DNA of 64,000 bases, taken from positions 160,001 to 224,000 of the forward strand of contig CAWGKG010000012.1 in assembly GCA_963823035.1 (NCBI GenBank), given 5' to 3'. The stretch comes from an uncultured Gemmatimonadales bacterium. GTDB lineage: Bacteria > Gemmatimonadota > Gemmatimonadetes > Longimicrobiales > Gaopeijiaceae. Below the pieces are notes generated by a model, which did not search any database, had not been told where the DNA came from, and saw only the letters and a list, made by a program, of their open reading frames with translations. Numbering within the stretch: position 1 is the first letter of the stretch; the number at the start of each line of letters is the position of its first letter. The position numbers and the translations under genes are program-made. Positions 9,243 to 18,935 of this stretch are shown piece after piece.

Positions 9243-11669
9243 TCACCCTCCGGGCGCCAGTCGGTAGACGTGGTCCGTCGCCGCCTCGACCCGCTCTCTC
9301 GTGTACACCACCGGGAAGAAGCGGTCGTTCGCCCAGCTCTCGAAGAGGTCGCGGTAGTGGGGATCGTCCGGATTCCCGCTCTGGCCGGGCGTATTGAGGC
9401 CGACCGACCGGTCCCAGTCGCCCGTGTCGACGATGATGCGGAAGGAAGCGCCCGACGTCTGGTTGTCGGCGTTGCCGGTGGCGTTCACCGTGTAGCCGTA
9501 CCCGCCGCGCGGGAGGGGGCCCACCTCGAGGCGCGCACGCGTCGCGGCGTCCACGGCGTTGCCCAGCGGATGGCGCAGGGTGGCGTGGTGGTACTTCGGC
9601 CCGCCCCACGCCCAGCCGCTCATGTCGGAGCCGAGCTTCTTCGTCAACCCGTCCACCGCCGCCGACAGCCCGTCCAGGAGAATCCGGTCGCGCGCCGCCA
9701 TCGGGTCGGGCCCGAGCGCGCCGGGCGGCACCATGATCGTTTCGATCGTCTTGTGCAGAGACAGGCCGATGCCGGCACCCTCCGGCACGATCGCTCCGGC
9801 GACGAGCCGCCGTATCTGTCCCTCCCACGCGGCGTAGATCCCCGCGGCGGGGGAGTCCTTGCGCATCACCCGGTCCCACCCGACGAGCATCGTGCGCGCC
9901 CGCTCGACGCGGGCGTCCGGGGCGCGCAGGTCCTCCAGGAGCGGCACGAGCTGGCGGGCCGGTATGGACAGCTCGTCGGTCTGGAGCTGCATCATCCCGG
10001 ACATCGAGGCCCGCCGGCCGCCCCCCAACACCTCCACGACGCGCATCCATCGGTAGGGATCGGACCAGGAGTAGCCGATCGCGTCCATGTACGGGTAGTC
10101 GCGCGGGATCAGGTCGTTGTTCGCGGTCGCGAAGTAGCCTTGCTCCGGATTCAGCACGTGCGGCTTCGCCTTGATGGGGAGGTAGCCGTCCCACTCGTAG
10201 CGCCCGTCGCCGGGAACCGGCACCAGCCCGCTGAAGCCCCGTCGGATCGGCGCGATCCCCACGGCCTGCCACCCGATCGTCCCGTCACGCCCCGCCCACA
10301 CCATGTTCTCGCCCGGAATGTTCGAGTAGTTGCACGCCTCGCGGAACTCCTCCCAGGTGGTTGCCTGGTCCATGCGCAGCGACGCGAGATAGGGGGACCC
10401 GCCCACCTCCATCCATGCGGCACGGACCGCGTACGCCCGGTGGCGCTGCGCGTCCTCGAAGACGACGGGGCCGTGACGCGTGTACTTGAGCTCGGCGTCG
10501 ACCGGAGCCTGCCCCTTCACCGCGATGCGTTCGTGGATCACCGTCATCGGCTCCCACCCGCCGCGGTAGCGGTACTCGTCCGGGTTGGACGGGTTGGTCT
10601 CGTAGACGTACAGGTCCTCGCCGTCCGTGGCGAAGACGGTCAGCCCCCACGCGCCGTGCTCGTTGTGCCCGATGGACACGCCGGGCAGGCTCGGCTCCCC
10701 CCCGCCGATCACGTTCCAGCCCGGAGCGACCAGGTGCACCCAATAGCGCAGCGAAGGCGCACCCTGGGCGCGATGCGGGTCGTTGGCCATGAGCGGATAG
10801 CCGCTCTCCGTCAGGCGGCCGCTGACGACCCAGTTGTTCGAGCCCACGTCCGCCGCCGGATCATAGTATTGCGCGTAGGCAGCGGCCTCGGCCGCCCGCT
10901 CGAGCATGGCGAAGCCGTCCGTGTCGCCCCGGTGCTCGGCCACGATGTCCTCCGGGCGGAAGCGCACGCTCCCGCGGAAGGCGTCGTAGACGCCGAGGAT
11001 GTCCTGCGAGAGGGCCGCCCCGTCGATGGCCGGGTCCAGCGCCAGCTCCGGGTCCCCGGGTCCGAACTCCTCCAGGCGCTTCACCACCTCCGGCCCGACT
11101 GCCGCCACGGCCCTCCCGGTGGCGAGCTCCTCGCCGATGTTGCCGAGAAGGCCCTGATGGCGGGAGATCACGACGTCCGGCGTCCACACCTGAGGGCGGA
11201 TCCCCAGCAGCCGGAACTCGATCGGGAGGTGCTCGGAATCGCGGTTCGCCTGCTCGATGTAGGCGTTGATGCCCTCCACGTACGCGCCGACGATCGCGAC
11301 GCCATGGGGGTGGTAGTGCGAGAACTCCTGGTCCAGGTCACCGCGGAACCTGAATAGACGCGTGCCCCGATCGCGCTCGACCTCCCGCGGACCCAGGATC
11401 TCGGCGACCGTGCCGGTCGCCTGCCGGCGCCACAGCTCGAGTTGGAAGAGCCGGTCGCGCGCGGCGTTCCAACCCTGCGCGAAGAAGAGGTCGTGCTCGG
11501 TCTCGGCGTAGATGTGGGCGATGCCCCACCGGTCCACACGGACCTCCACGGGCCGCTCCAATCCGGGAAGGTCCAGCCGGTCGGTCGCCTGCGCGGTCGC
11601 CGCGGAGAACGTCACGGTCGAAGACAGCATCGCCCAGAAGGCGCCGCGAACGAAGGCTCGGTGGGTCAT
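9243..11669 (-). CDS. Penicillin acylase family Ntn-hydrolase
   Basis: DRWGIAHIYA, FAQG, DRLFQLELWRR, nucleophile GSNNW, ANDPH and PGQSG. Signal peptide. Confidence 0.93.
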   Translation of the reverse strand: MTHRAFVRGAFWAMLSSTVTFSAATAQATDRLDLPGLERPVEVRVDRWGIAHIYAETEHDLFFAQGWNAARDRLFQLELWRRQATGTVAEILGPREVERDRGTRLFRFRGDLDQEFSHYHPHGVAIVGAYVEGINAYIEQANRDSEHLPIEFRLLGIRPQVWTPDVVISRHQGLLGNIGEELATGRAVAAVGPEVVKRLEEFGPGDPELALDPAIDGAALSQDILGVYDAFRGSVRFRPEDIVAEHRGDTDGFAMLERAAEAAAYAQYYDPAADVGSNNWVVSGRLTESGYPLMANDPHRAQGAPSLRYWVHLVAPGWNVIGGGEPSLPGVSIGHNEHGAWGLTVFATDGEDLYVYETNPSNPDEYRYRGGWEPMTVIHERIAVKGQAPVDAELKYTRHGPVVFEDAQRHRAYAVRAAWMEVGGSPYLASLRMDQATTWEEFREACNYSNIPGENMVWAGRDGTIGWQAVGIAPIRRGFSGLVPVPGDGRYEWDGYLPIKAKPHVLNPEQGYFATANNDLIPRDYPYMDAIGYSWSDPYRWMRVVEVLGGGRRASMSGMMQLQTDELSIPARQLVPLLEDLRAPDARVERARTMLVGWDRVMRKDSPAAGIYAAWEGQIRRLVAGAIVPEGAGIGLSLHKTIETIMVPPGALGPDPMAARDRILLDGLSAAVDGLTKKLGSDMSGWAWGGPKYHHATLRHPLGNAVDAATRARLEVGPLPRGGYGYTVNATGNADNQTSGASFRIIVDTGDWDRSVGLNTPGQSGNPDDPHYRDLFESWANDRFFPVVYTRERVEAATDHVYRLAPGG

Positions 11670-11795
11670 TCCGTCGGCTCTCCCTGGTCGGGTTCGGTTC
11701 CGTCACGGTCCGCGGGTCGCGTTCGAGCCAGGCTATCCCGACGCGGGCGATCGAACAAGCGGCCCGACGACAGGCCCGACGGCCCATGCAACCCC

Positions 11796-11856
11796 TTGAC
11801 CGCCTCGCCGCCGGCCAACAATATCGAGCACCGTAGCATCGCCTGTCGATATTGTT
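11796..11856 (+). promoter_or_regulatory. Promoter TTGACC-N17-CAATAT overlapped by inverted repeat AACAATATCGA-N18-TCGATATTGTT (putative PadR operator)
   Basis: Perfect 11-bp arms at 11817-11827 and 11846-11856, directly before the GAGGAG RBS of the padR-like gene. Confidence 0.65.
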
Positions 11857-11866
11857 CGAGGAGCCC

Positions 11867-12205
11867 ATGTCCGACGAGCTCGTGCCCCCCGCGGAGTTCC
11901 GCATCCTCCTGGCGCTCGTGGATGGGCCGAAGCACGGGCATGGAATCCGCGTCGACGTGCTCGAGCGGACGGCGGGACGCGTCGACCTCGGGCCCGGAAC
12001 GCTGTACGGCGCGATCAAGCGGTTGGACCGGCGCGGCTGGATCGAGGAGATCGACGCGCCGCGCGGGGAGGAAGGGGACGGGCGGCGCCGCTTCTATCGG
12101 CTCACGCCCCCGGGTCGCGAGGCCGCGCGCGCGGAAGTGGCCCGCTTGAGCGAGCTGCTCGAGATCGCGGCGTCCACGTCGCTCCGGCCGTCAGGGGAGG
12201 CGTAG
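11867..12205 (+). CDS. PadR-family transcriptional regulator
   Basis: ILLALVDGPKHGHG, GPGTLYGAIKRL and RRRFYRLTPPG. GAGGAG RBS before ATG 11867. Confidence 0.92.
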   Translation: MSDELVPPAEFRILLALVDGPKHGHGIRVDVLERTAGRVDLGPGTLYGAIKRLDRRGWIEEIDAPRGEEGDGRRRFYRLTPPGREAARAEVARLSELLEIAASTSLRPSGEA

Positions 12206-12209
12206 CAGC

Positions 12210-14831
12210 GTGTGGCGCCTCTACCGTTGGGCCCTCTACCTCCTCCCGCCGGGCTTCCGGCGCGCGTACGGAGGGGAGCTGGCCGAACAGGCACGAACCC
12301 GTCTGGACGAGACACGCACGACGCGGGGGCAGGTCGTCGTCGCGCTCGGGCTCGTGGCGGATCTGGCGCGCGCGGTGGTGCGGGAGTGGTGGGACGAGAT
12401 GGTGCAGGAGTCACGGACGGGAATGGGAGGCGGCATGGGGACGGATCTGCGTTGGGCGATGCGCTCGGTCGCGCGCACGCCGGGGTTCGCGGCGGCGGTG
12501 GTCGCGACGCTCGCGCTCGGAATCGGCACGACGACGGTGGCGCTCGGCCTGGTCGACGCCTACCTCCTGCGCTCCCTCCCCTTTCCCGAGGGCGATCGCC
12601 TGATGTCGCTCTGGCCGGAGGAGAACTGGAGCCGGCAGATGATCGACCTCTCGGCCGACGGCCTCCCCTCGCTGGAAGGCGTGGCGGGCGCGGGCGGCCT
12701 CATGCTCGTGCTCCAGGAGGGGGGCGAGCCCGAGGAGGTGTTCGCGTCGTGGGCGACCACGAACCTCATGGACGTGCTCGGCGTCCATCCCGCGATCGGC
12801 AGAGGCTTCGAGCCCGGCGACGCCACGCCCGGCGCGGAGGCGGTCACGATCCTCTCCCACCACGTGTGGACGGAGCGCTTCGGCGCGGACCCGGACATCC
12901 TGGGCCGCGGCGTGGCCCTGGGCGGCGAAGGCCATCAAACCCGCACGGTCGTCGGCGTGATGCCCGAGGGCTACCAGCCCCTCCAGGGCGCCGGGGTGGA
13001 CGTGTGGATCCCGGTGGTCGTCGATCGCGCGGACGGCGAATACTCGGGCTCCTACTTCATGGAGGCGGTCGGGCGGCTCGGGCCCTCGGCGGGGCCGGAC
13101 GACGTTTCTCGCGACCTGCAGGCGTGGACGCGCCGGGTCGGTGAGGTCGACCCCGAATGGTTCACGGAGGACAGACTCCGCCGGGCGTCGACCCTCCCGC
13201 TGGCACGGGAGCGGACGCTGGACCGCCGCACACCCGTGCTGGTGGCGCTCTGGGCCGCGCTGCTCGTGCTCCTGGTGGCGTGCGCGAACGTGGCGAACCT
13301 CATGGTGGCACGCACGACCGGACGCGAGCGCGAGCTCTCCGTGCGCGCGGCCCTCGGGGCCGGGCGGCTCCGCTCCGCACGGACGGTCCTGGTCGAGGTC
13401 GGCGTCCTGGCCGGCGCGGGCGCCCTGGGCGGCCTGATCCTCGCGGTGGCGTTGAGGGCCTCCCTCGAGCGGTGGTTCCCCGCGGCGCTCCCCGCCTGGG
13501 GGATGGACGTCGATCCGCGGTGGGGGCTGGCGGTGGCGGCCCTCGCCGTGCTCGCCGCCGTGGTGGCCGGTACGTTGCCGGCGCTCCAGGCCGCGCGCCG
13601 CGATCCGGCGCGGGCGATGGCCGGGGGGCGCGGCTCCTCGGGCCGGCATCGGCTCCACCGCGTCCAGGAGGTCCTCTCGGCGACGCAGCTCGCCATGGCC
13701 ACCGCCGGCATCGCCTCCGTGGGCCTGCTCGGGCGGAGCCTGCTCGAGATCGCGAGCGTCGACCCCGGCTTCGAGACGTCCAACGGCGTGGTGTTCAGGG
13801 TGACCGCACCCCCCGCCGCGTACCCGGAGGACGCCGACGTCGTCCGCTTCTTCCGCGACGCGCGCCAAGCGCTCGCCGGCGTCCCCGGCGTGGAGGGGGT
13901 CGGGTTCGGGTCCCGGCTCCCGCTGGCGGGAGGAGACAGCCGGATCACGGTCACCCCGGACGGCCTCGAGCTCGTGGAAGGAGAGCCGCATCCCGTCGCC
14001 TGGCACCGCCTGGTGACGCCCGGCTACCTGGAGGCGATGGGCGTGCAGCTCGTGGAGGGGAGGATCCCCTCGGAGGCGGACGACCGCGACGACGTGCCGG
14101 AGCTGGTCGTGATCAACCAGGCTGCGGCCCGGGCCTTCTGGCCGGACGAGTCGGCCGTGGGCAAGCGCTTCTACGGACCCGGCCGCGTCGTCTGGGTCAC
14201 GGTCGCAGGCGTCGTCGCCGACGTGAGGGAGAACGGGCAGACCCGGGCGGTCATGCCCGGCCTCTACATCCCGCACCGCGACTGGCCGTGGCGAACCCTG
14301 TACGCGGTGGTGCGTGCCCGGCAGGACGCGATGGCGCTCATGCCGGAGCTCAAGCAGGCGGTCTGGTCGGTCGCGAGCGGCGTGCCGATCTCCCGTGTCG
14401 AGACGCTCCAGCACGTGGCCGAGCGGGGGCTGCGCCCGACGCGCACGCTCGCGATCCTCGCCGCGTTGGCCGGCGGCGTGACCCTTTTGCTGGGAGCGCT
14501 GGGCATCTACGCGGTGATCAACCACGCCGTGGCGCGAAAGCTGCGCGAGCTGGGCGTGCGCTCCGCGCTGGGGGCGGATCGGGGTCGGCTGCTGCGAGGT
14601 GAGCTCGGCAACGCCACGCGCATCGTGGCGGTGGGGCTGGGGGCGGGCCTCATCCTGGCGTGGCTGGTGGGACGTGCCCTCCAGGGCACGCTCTACGGCG
14701 TGGGGGCCCTCGACCTGCCATCCCTGGCGGGCGCCGTCCTCCTGCTCGCGGCGGTGGCGTACGCGGCGGCCTTCTTCCCTGCGCGCAGGGCGTCTACGAT
14801 CGATCCCGCGCGCGTCATCCGCGAGGAGTGA
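12210..14831 (+). CDS. Duplicated MacB/FtsX-type ABC permease (ADOP-like) with N-terminal prefix domain
   Basis: LYRWALYLLPPGFRRAYGGEL prefix, DLRWAMRS, VLLVACANVANL, VRAALGAGR and PARRASTIDP. Confidence 0.9.
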   Translation: MWRLYRWALYLLPPGFRRAYGGELAEQARTRLDETRTTRGQVVVALGLVADLARAVVREWWDEMVQESRTGMGGGMGTDLRWAMRSVARTPGFAAAVVATLALGIGTTTVALGLVDAYLLRSLPFPEGDRLMSLWPEENWSRQMIDLSADGLPSLEGVAGAGGLMLVLQEGGEPEEVFASWATTNLMDVLGVHPAIGRGFEPGDATPGAEAVTILSHHVWTERFGADPDILGRGVALGGEGHQTRTVVGVMPEGYQPLQGAGVDVWIPVVVDRADGEYSGSYFMEAVGRLGPSAGPDDVSRDLQAWTRRVGEVDPEWFTEDRLRRASTLPLARERTLDRRTPVLVALWAALLVLLVACANVANLMVARTTGRERELSVRAALGAGRLRSARTVLVEVGVLAGAGALGGLILAVALRASLERWFPAALPAWGMDVDPRWGLAVAALAVLAAVVAGTLPALQAARRDPARAMAGGRGSSGRHRLHRVQEVLSATQLAMATAGIASVGLLGRSLLEIASVDPGFETSNGVVFRVTAPPAAYPEDADVVRFFRDARQALAGVPGVEGVGFGSRLPLAGGDSRITVTPDGLELVEGEPHPVAWHRLVTPGYLEAMGVQLVEGRIPSEADDRDDVPELVVINQAAARAFWPDESAVGKRFYGPGRVVWVTVAGVVADVRENGQTRAVMPGLYIPHRDWPWRTLYAVVRARQDAMALMPELKQAVWSVASGVPISRVETLQHVAERGLRPTRTLAILAALAGGVTLLLGALGIYAVINHAVARKLRELGVRSALGADRGRLLRGELGNATRIVAVGLGAGLILAWLVGRALQGTLYGVGALDLPSLAGAVLLLAAVAYAAAFFPARRASTIDPARVIREE

Positions 14832-17241
14832 GGGCCGCCAGCGGCGCGCGGAACGTGCCCGCGTCGCTCCCGTTCCCGTTCCCGGCCACGTCGTCTCCGG
14901 AGGATGCGTCGGCGAGCGGGAGCCGGATGACGAAGCACGACCCCTCGCCGGGGGTGGACTCGACCCCGAGTCGCCCGCCGTGCTTCTTCACGACCACGGT
15001 GTGGGCGATCGACAGCCCCTGGCCCGTGCCGTGCCCGACTTCCTTCGTCGTGAAGAACGGCTCGAAGACACGCGACTGGATCTCATCCGGGATCCCCACA
15101 CCGTTGTCGGCCACGCGCACCTCCACCCAGCCGTCGCCACCGGCGCGGCTGCTCACCGAGATGACGCCCTTCCGCTCGGGATGCTCCGCCTGGGCCTCGC
15201 CGATCGCGTGGGCCGCGTTGACGATCATGTTGAGGATCGCCTGGTTGAACTCGTCGGCCAGGAGGGGCACGAAGGGAAGCCGATCGTCCAGGTCGAGCTC
15301 CATCTTCGCGACGTACTTCCACTCGTTGGTCGCCACGGTCACCGTGCTCTCGATCGCCCGGTTGAGATCGCAGGGCTTCCTCTCGGTACCGGGGTGCGAG
15401 AACTCCTTCATGGCGCGGACGATCTTCGCGATGCGCGTCACGCCCTCGAGCGAGTGCCGCGCTGAGCGCGGGATCTCCTCGAGGAGGTAGTCGATGTCCG
15501 CGTGCTCCACGGCTTCCTGCACCTTCTTCCCGAGCGCGGAGGGCGTGCCGTCCGGCGGGGAGGCGAGCTCCCGCAGCGCGAGGAGGGCGGGCTCCAGGTC
15601 CTCGAACGCCTCCTTCAGGAAGTGGATGTTGTCCCCCACGTACTGCGTCGGCGTGTTGAGCTCGTGGGCGATGCCCGCCGCGAGTCGTCCGATGGCCTCG
15701 AGCTTCTGACCTTGCTGCAGCTGGCGTTCCAAGATCGACCGCTCGGTCACATCCCGGAAGACCGCGACGGTGTTGGTGATCCGGCCGGTCGCGTCCCGCA
15801 CCGGGGACACCGTGCCGTCTCCCTCGAGGAGGCTCCCGTCCTGGCGGCGGCCGAGCACACGGCCCGACCAGACCCCTCCAGCCTCGATCGCGGCCTGGAC
15901 CTCGCCCTCGAGACCCTCGTTCTCCATCAGGCGGGTGATGTTGTAGGTGGTCGACCCGATGACGCGTTCCCCCGGGAAGCCCGTGATGCGCTCGAACGCC
16001 GGGTTCACATACTGGACCGTGCCGTCCAGGTCCGCGACGACCACGGCCTCCGAGGCCTGCTCCACGGCGGTCGCCAGGCGCTTGAAGCCCATCTCGGCGC
16101 TCTTCCGCGTCGTGATGTCCCGGATCACGACGTTGCACAGATCCCTCCCGGCGATCCTCATCCGGGTCAAGGCGGCCTCGACCTCCACCCGGGAGCCATC
16201 CGACCGTCGTCCCGTGGTCTCCACGGTCCGCTGCGTCGGGTCGTGCTCCTCCTTCTTGGAGCCGAGACGGCCGGTGTCCAGTTCGGGGAGGAGGTCGCGG
16301 ATGCGCGCCTGCCCGAGGTCACCCGGGCCGAAACCGAAGAGGGTTTCGGCGGACGGGTTCATGGACTCGATCCTCCCGTCGACGAAGAACGTCACGACCG
16401 CGTCCGCCATCGTCTCGAAGATCGCGCGCAGGCGCGTCTCCGCGTCCAGCGCGGAATCGGACGCCTGGCTCACACGTCGGTCCACGTAGGCGACGAGGAG
16501 GGTGAAGCCGACGATGGCCGTCGCCACCGTGGTGACGGCGGCAGCCAGCCACCCCGTCGAGATGGGCATGCCGCGCTGGGCTGCTCCGAACGCGGGATGG
16601 AAGTGCACGGCGGCCATGGCCGTGTAGTGCATCCCCGCGACAGCGCAGCCCATCGTCACGCCCGCGAGCAGCGAGAGGGCCGAGACCAGCCCCCGGCTGT
16701 GGATGCGCTTCACGGCACGCTGGAGCGCGAACCGGGTGTAGAGCGCCACCAGGGCCAGCCCATAAGCGACCACCACCGAGAGCACCACCAGAATGGGGAC
16801 GTACTCCATGGCCATGGCGGCCTGCATCGCCTCCATGCCCGTGTAGTGCATCGCCCCGACCCCCGCGGCCAGCAACAAGCCACCCGTCTGGATGCGGCCC
16901 GCACCGAGGGTGCGCGAGCTAAGGACCCAGAGGGCCGCACCGCTGCCCACGATGGCGGGGACGAAGGAGGCCAGCGTGATCATGAGGTCGTACGACACGG
17001 GCATCGGCATGACGAGCGCGAGCATCCCCGTGAAGTGCATCGCCCACACGCCGAACCCCATGGCGACCGACCCGCCCGCGACCCATCGGAAGCGCATACG
17101 GCGGGAGGGAGCGGCGGCCGCGCGGTCCACCACCGCGAACGCCGAGGCCGAAGCCAACGCGGCCACCACCACGGACAGCGTGACCAGAACCGGCGAGTAG
17201 TGGGTGGGCAGCAATGCGGCTGCCGGGTTGAACGGCTGCAT
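14815..17241 (-). CDS. MHYT-PAS-PAS sensor histidine kinase
   Basis: MHFTGM, MHYTGM and MHYTAM repeats, two PAS domains, H-box AGIAHELNTP, NAAHA, DNGVGI, FEPFFTTK and GTGQGL. Confidence 0.92.
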   Translation of the reverse strand: MQPFNPAAALLPTHYSPVLVTLSVVVAALASASAFAVVDRAAAAPSRRMRFRWVAGGSVAMGFGVWAMHFTGMLALVMPMPVSYDLMITLASFVPAIVGSGAALWVLSSRTLGAGRIQTGGLLLAAGVGAMHYTGMEAMQAAMAMEYVPILVVLSVVVAYGLALVALYTRFALQRAVKRIHSRGLVSALSLLAGVTMGCAVAGMHYTAMAAVHFHPAFGAAQRGMPISTGWLAAAVTTVATAIVGFTLLVAYVDRRVSQASDSALDAETRLRAIFETMADAVVTFFVDGRIESMNPSAETLFGFGPGDLGQARIRDLLPELDTGRLGSKKEEHDPTQRTVETTGRRSDGSRVEVEAALTRMRIAGRDLCNVVIRDITTRKSAEMGFKRLATAVEQASEAVVVADLDGTVQYVNPAFERITGFPGERVIGSTTYNITRLMENEGLEGEVQAAIEAGGVWSGRVLGRRQDGSLLEGDGTVSPVRDATGRITNTVAVFRDVTERSILERQLQQGQKLEAIGRLAAGIAHELNTPTQYVGDNIHFLKEAFEDLEPALLALRELASPPDGTPSALGKKVQEAVEHADIDYLLEEIPRSARHSLEGVTRIAKIVRAMKEFSHPGTERKPCDLNRAIESTVTVATNEWKYVAKMELDLDDRLPFVPLLADEFNQAILNMIVNAAHAIGEAQAEHPERKGVISVSSRAGGDGWVEVRVADNGVGIPDEIQSRVFEPFFTTKEVGHGTGQGLSIAHTVVVKKHGGRLGVESTPGEGSCFVIRLPLADASSGDDVAGNGNGSDAGTFRAPLAALTPRG

Positions 17242-17438
17242 GGAATCGCGCTCCGTGCGCTCGGGCGGAAACGCCGGGATCCCTCCACCACAGGGGCGAA
17301 GGGTACCTGGCCTCACTCTCCAGTATCGGAGGACCGGCCCCGGTTCTTGACGCCCTCGGCCGGGGCATGCGCCGCCGGCGCTCAAGAGGAGCGCGCGCGG
17401 CGCCGAGACTCCGGGTGACCTCCCTCAACCCGGCTACC

Positions 17439-18629
17439 ATGGAAGATCGCCCGAGCCGCCCGCCCTCCCTTCTCTTCGTGGACGACGACGAGCGCCTTCT
17501 CGACGGCCTCCGGCGCGCCCTCCGACGGCACCGCCACGAGTGGGACATGGCGTTCGTGGGAAGCGGGCGGGAGGCGTTGAGGTTCCTGGAGGAGCACGCG
17601 GCCGACATCGTCGTCTCGGATATGCGCATGCCCGAGATGGACGGTGCCGAGCTGCTCGCCTGCGTCCGCGATCGTCAGCCCGACGCGATCCGTTTCGTGC
17701 TGTCCGGCCAGTCGAGCCGCGACGCCTCCGTCCGGGCGGCGCACCTGACGCACCAGTTCCTCCCCAAGCCCATCGAGATGGCGGTCCTCGAGCGGGTGCT
17801 CGCGAGGGCGCTCACCCTCCGCGAGCTCCTCGCCGATCCCGAGCTGCGTGCCCTCGTCGACGAGCTGGAGCCGCTTCCCGCCGTCCCCGAGCCGTACCTC
17901 GACCTGATGCGCGGCATGGGTGACGGCCAGGTGACGCTGGCGGGCGTCACGGCCATGGTCGAGCCGGACCCCATCCTGTGCGGGAAGATCCTCCAGGTCG
18001 CCAACTCGGCCTTCTTCGGGCTGCCCCAGGCGACCTCGAGCATCGGGAAGGCCGTCTCCTACCTCGGGATCGACGTCGTGCGTGCGCTCGTCCTGGCGAC
18101 CGGGCTCTACCGCGATGCTGCTCGGGTGCCGGAGGGGCTGGACCTGGCGGACGATCAGGCGCACGCGCTGGCCGTCGCCGTGCTGGCGCGCGGGGTGGCG
18201 GGCACCAGGACCGGGCTGGACGCCGCGTTCGCCGCCGGGCTGCTCCACGACGTCGGGAAGCTCGCCGTGGGCCCGGGACACCCGAGGCACCCGAGCCTGG
18301 GCGCCTACATGGTGGGCATGTGGGGGCTTCCGCAGCAGGTGGTGGAAGCGGTCGCCTACCATCACTCGCCGCGGTCGGCGCCACGCCCGTCGCTCGACGC
18401 GGTGGCCGCCGTCCACATCGCGGACGCCCTCGTCCGCGAGCGCGAGGAGCAGGTTCGCGGCCGTCCCCCGACGGCCGGAGCGGCGCCGCTGGACGAGGCC
18501 TACCTGGCCGCGATCGGCGTCGAGTTCCAGATGGAGGGATGGCGCCGCGCCGCCGCCGGACTCATGCCGGACGGCGCACACCTCCGCGAAGCGGCCACCT
18601 CCGAGACGGCCGGGCAGAGCCTTTTCTAG
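17439..18629 (+). CDS. Response regulator with REC + HDOD domains
   Basis: LFVDDD, VSDMRMPEMDG, FLPKP, then ILQVANSAFFG, GLLHDVGKL and AVAYHH. Divergent from the kinase. Confidence 0.9.
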   Translation: MEDRPSRPPSLLFVDDDERLLDGLRRALRRHRHEWDMAFVGSGREALRFLEEHAADIVVSDMRMPEMDGAELLACVRDRQPDAIRFVLSGQSSRDASVRAAHLTHQFLPKPIEMAVLERVLARALTLRELLADPELRALVDELEPLPAVPEPYLDLMRGMGDGQVTLAGVTAMVEPDPILCGKILQVANSAFFGLPQATSSIGKAVSYLGIDVVRALVLATGLYRDAARVPEGLDLADDQAHALAVAVLARGVAGTRTGLDAAFAAGLLHDVGKLAVGPGHPRHPSLGAYMVGMWGLPQQVVEAVAYHHSPRSAPRPSLDAVAAVHIADALVREREEQVRGRPPTAGAAPLDEAYLAAIGVEFQMEGWRRAAAGLMPDGAHLREAATSETAGQSLF

Positions 18630-18804
18630 TGTTCTGTCCCAGAAGTTCGTTGCGCACCGAGGGTGCCGAAGCGCCGCCGTGGCAAGGCGCGACGACGAGG
18701 AATAGCAGCGCTATGGGGTACCCGCGCCGAAGGTGGTCGAGGAGCAACGCGGCCACGGTGGATGCAGCGGCGCACGAATGCCGACGAACTTCTGGGACAG
18801 GACA
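18630..18804. mobile_element. MITE-like element 1 (175 bp, 21-bp TIRs, CTAG flanks)
   Basis: TGTTCTGTCCCAGAAGTTCGT (18630-18650) matches the reverse complement of 18784-18804 at 20/21. CTAG at 18626-18629 and 18805-18808. No transposase. Confidence 0.8.
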
Positions 18805-18935
18805 CTAGCCACTCCCGGCGTTACCTCCGGCGGACCAACTCTCTACCGAATGCCCCCGGTGGCGTGACCTCCTCGTCCGAGACGGATGGTCTATTGGTGC
18901 GAGTCCCCCCGTACCTGCCACCAGGAGGCATCCGC

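Noticed and set aside
18663..18935. N-terminal extension of the PhoX-like ORF
   Set aside because: It runs through MITE 1. The RBS and lipoprotein signal point to ATG 18936.
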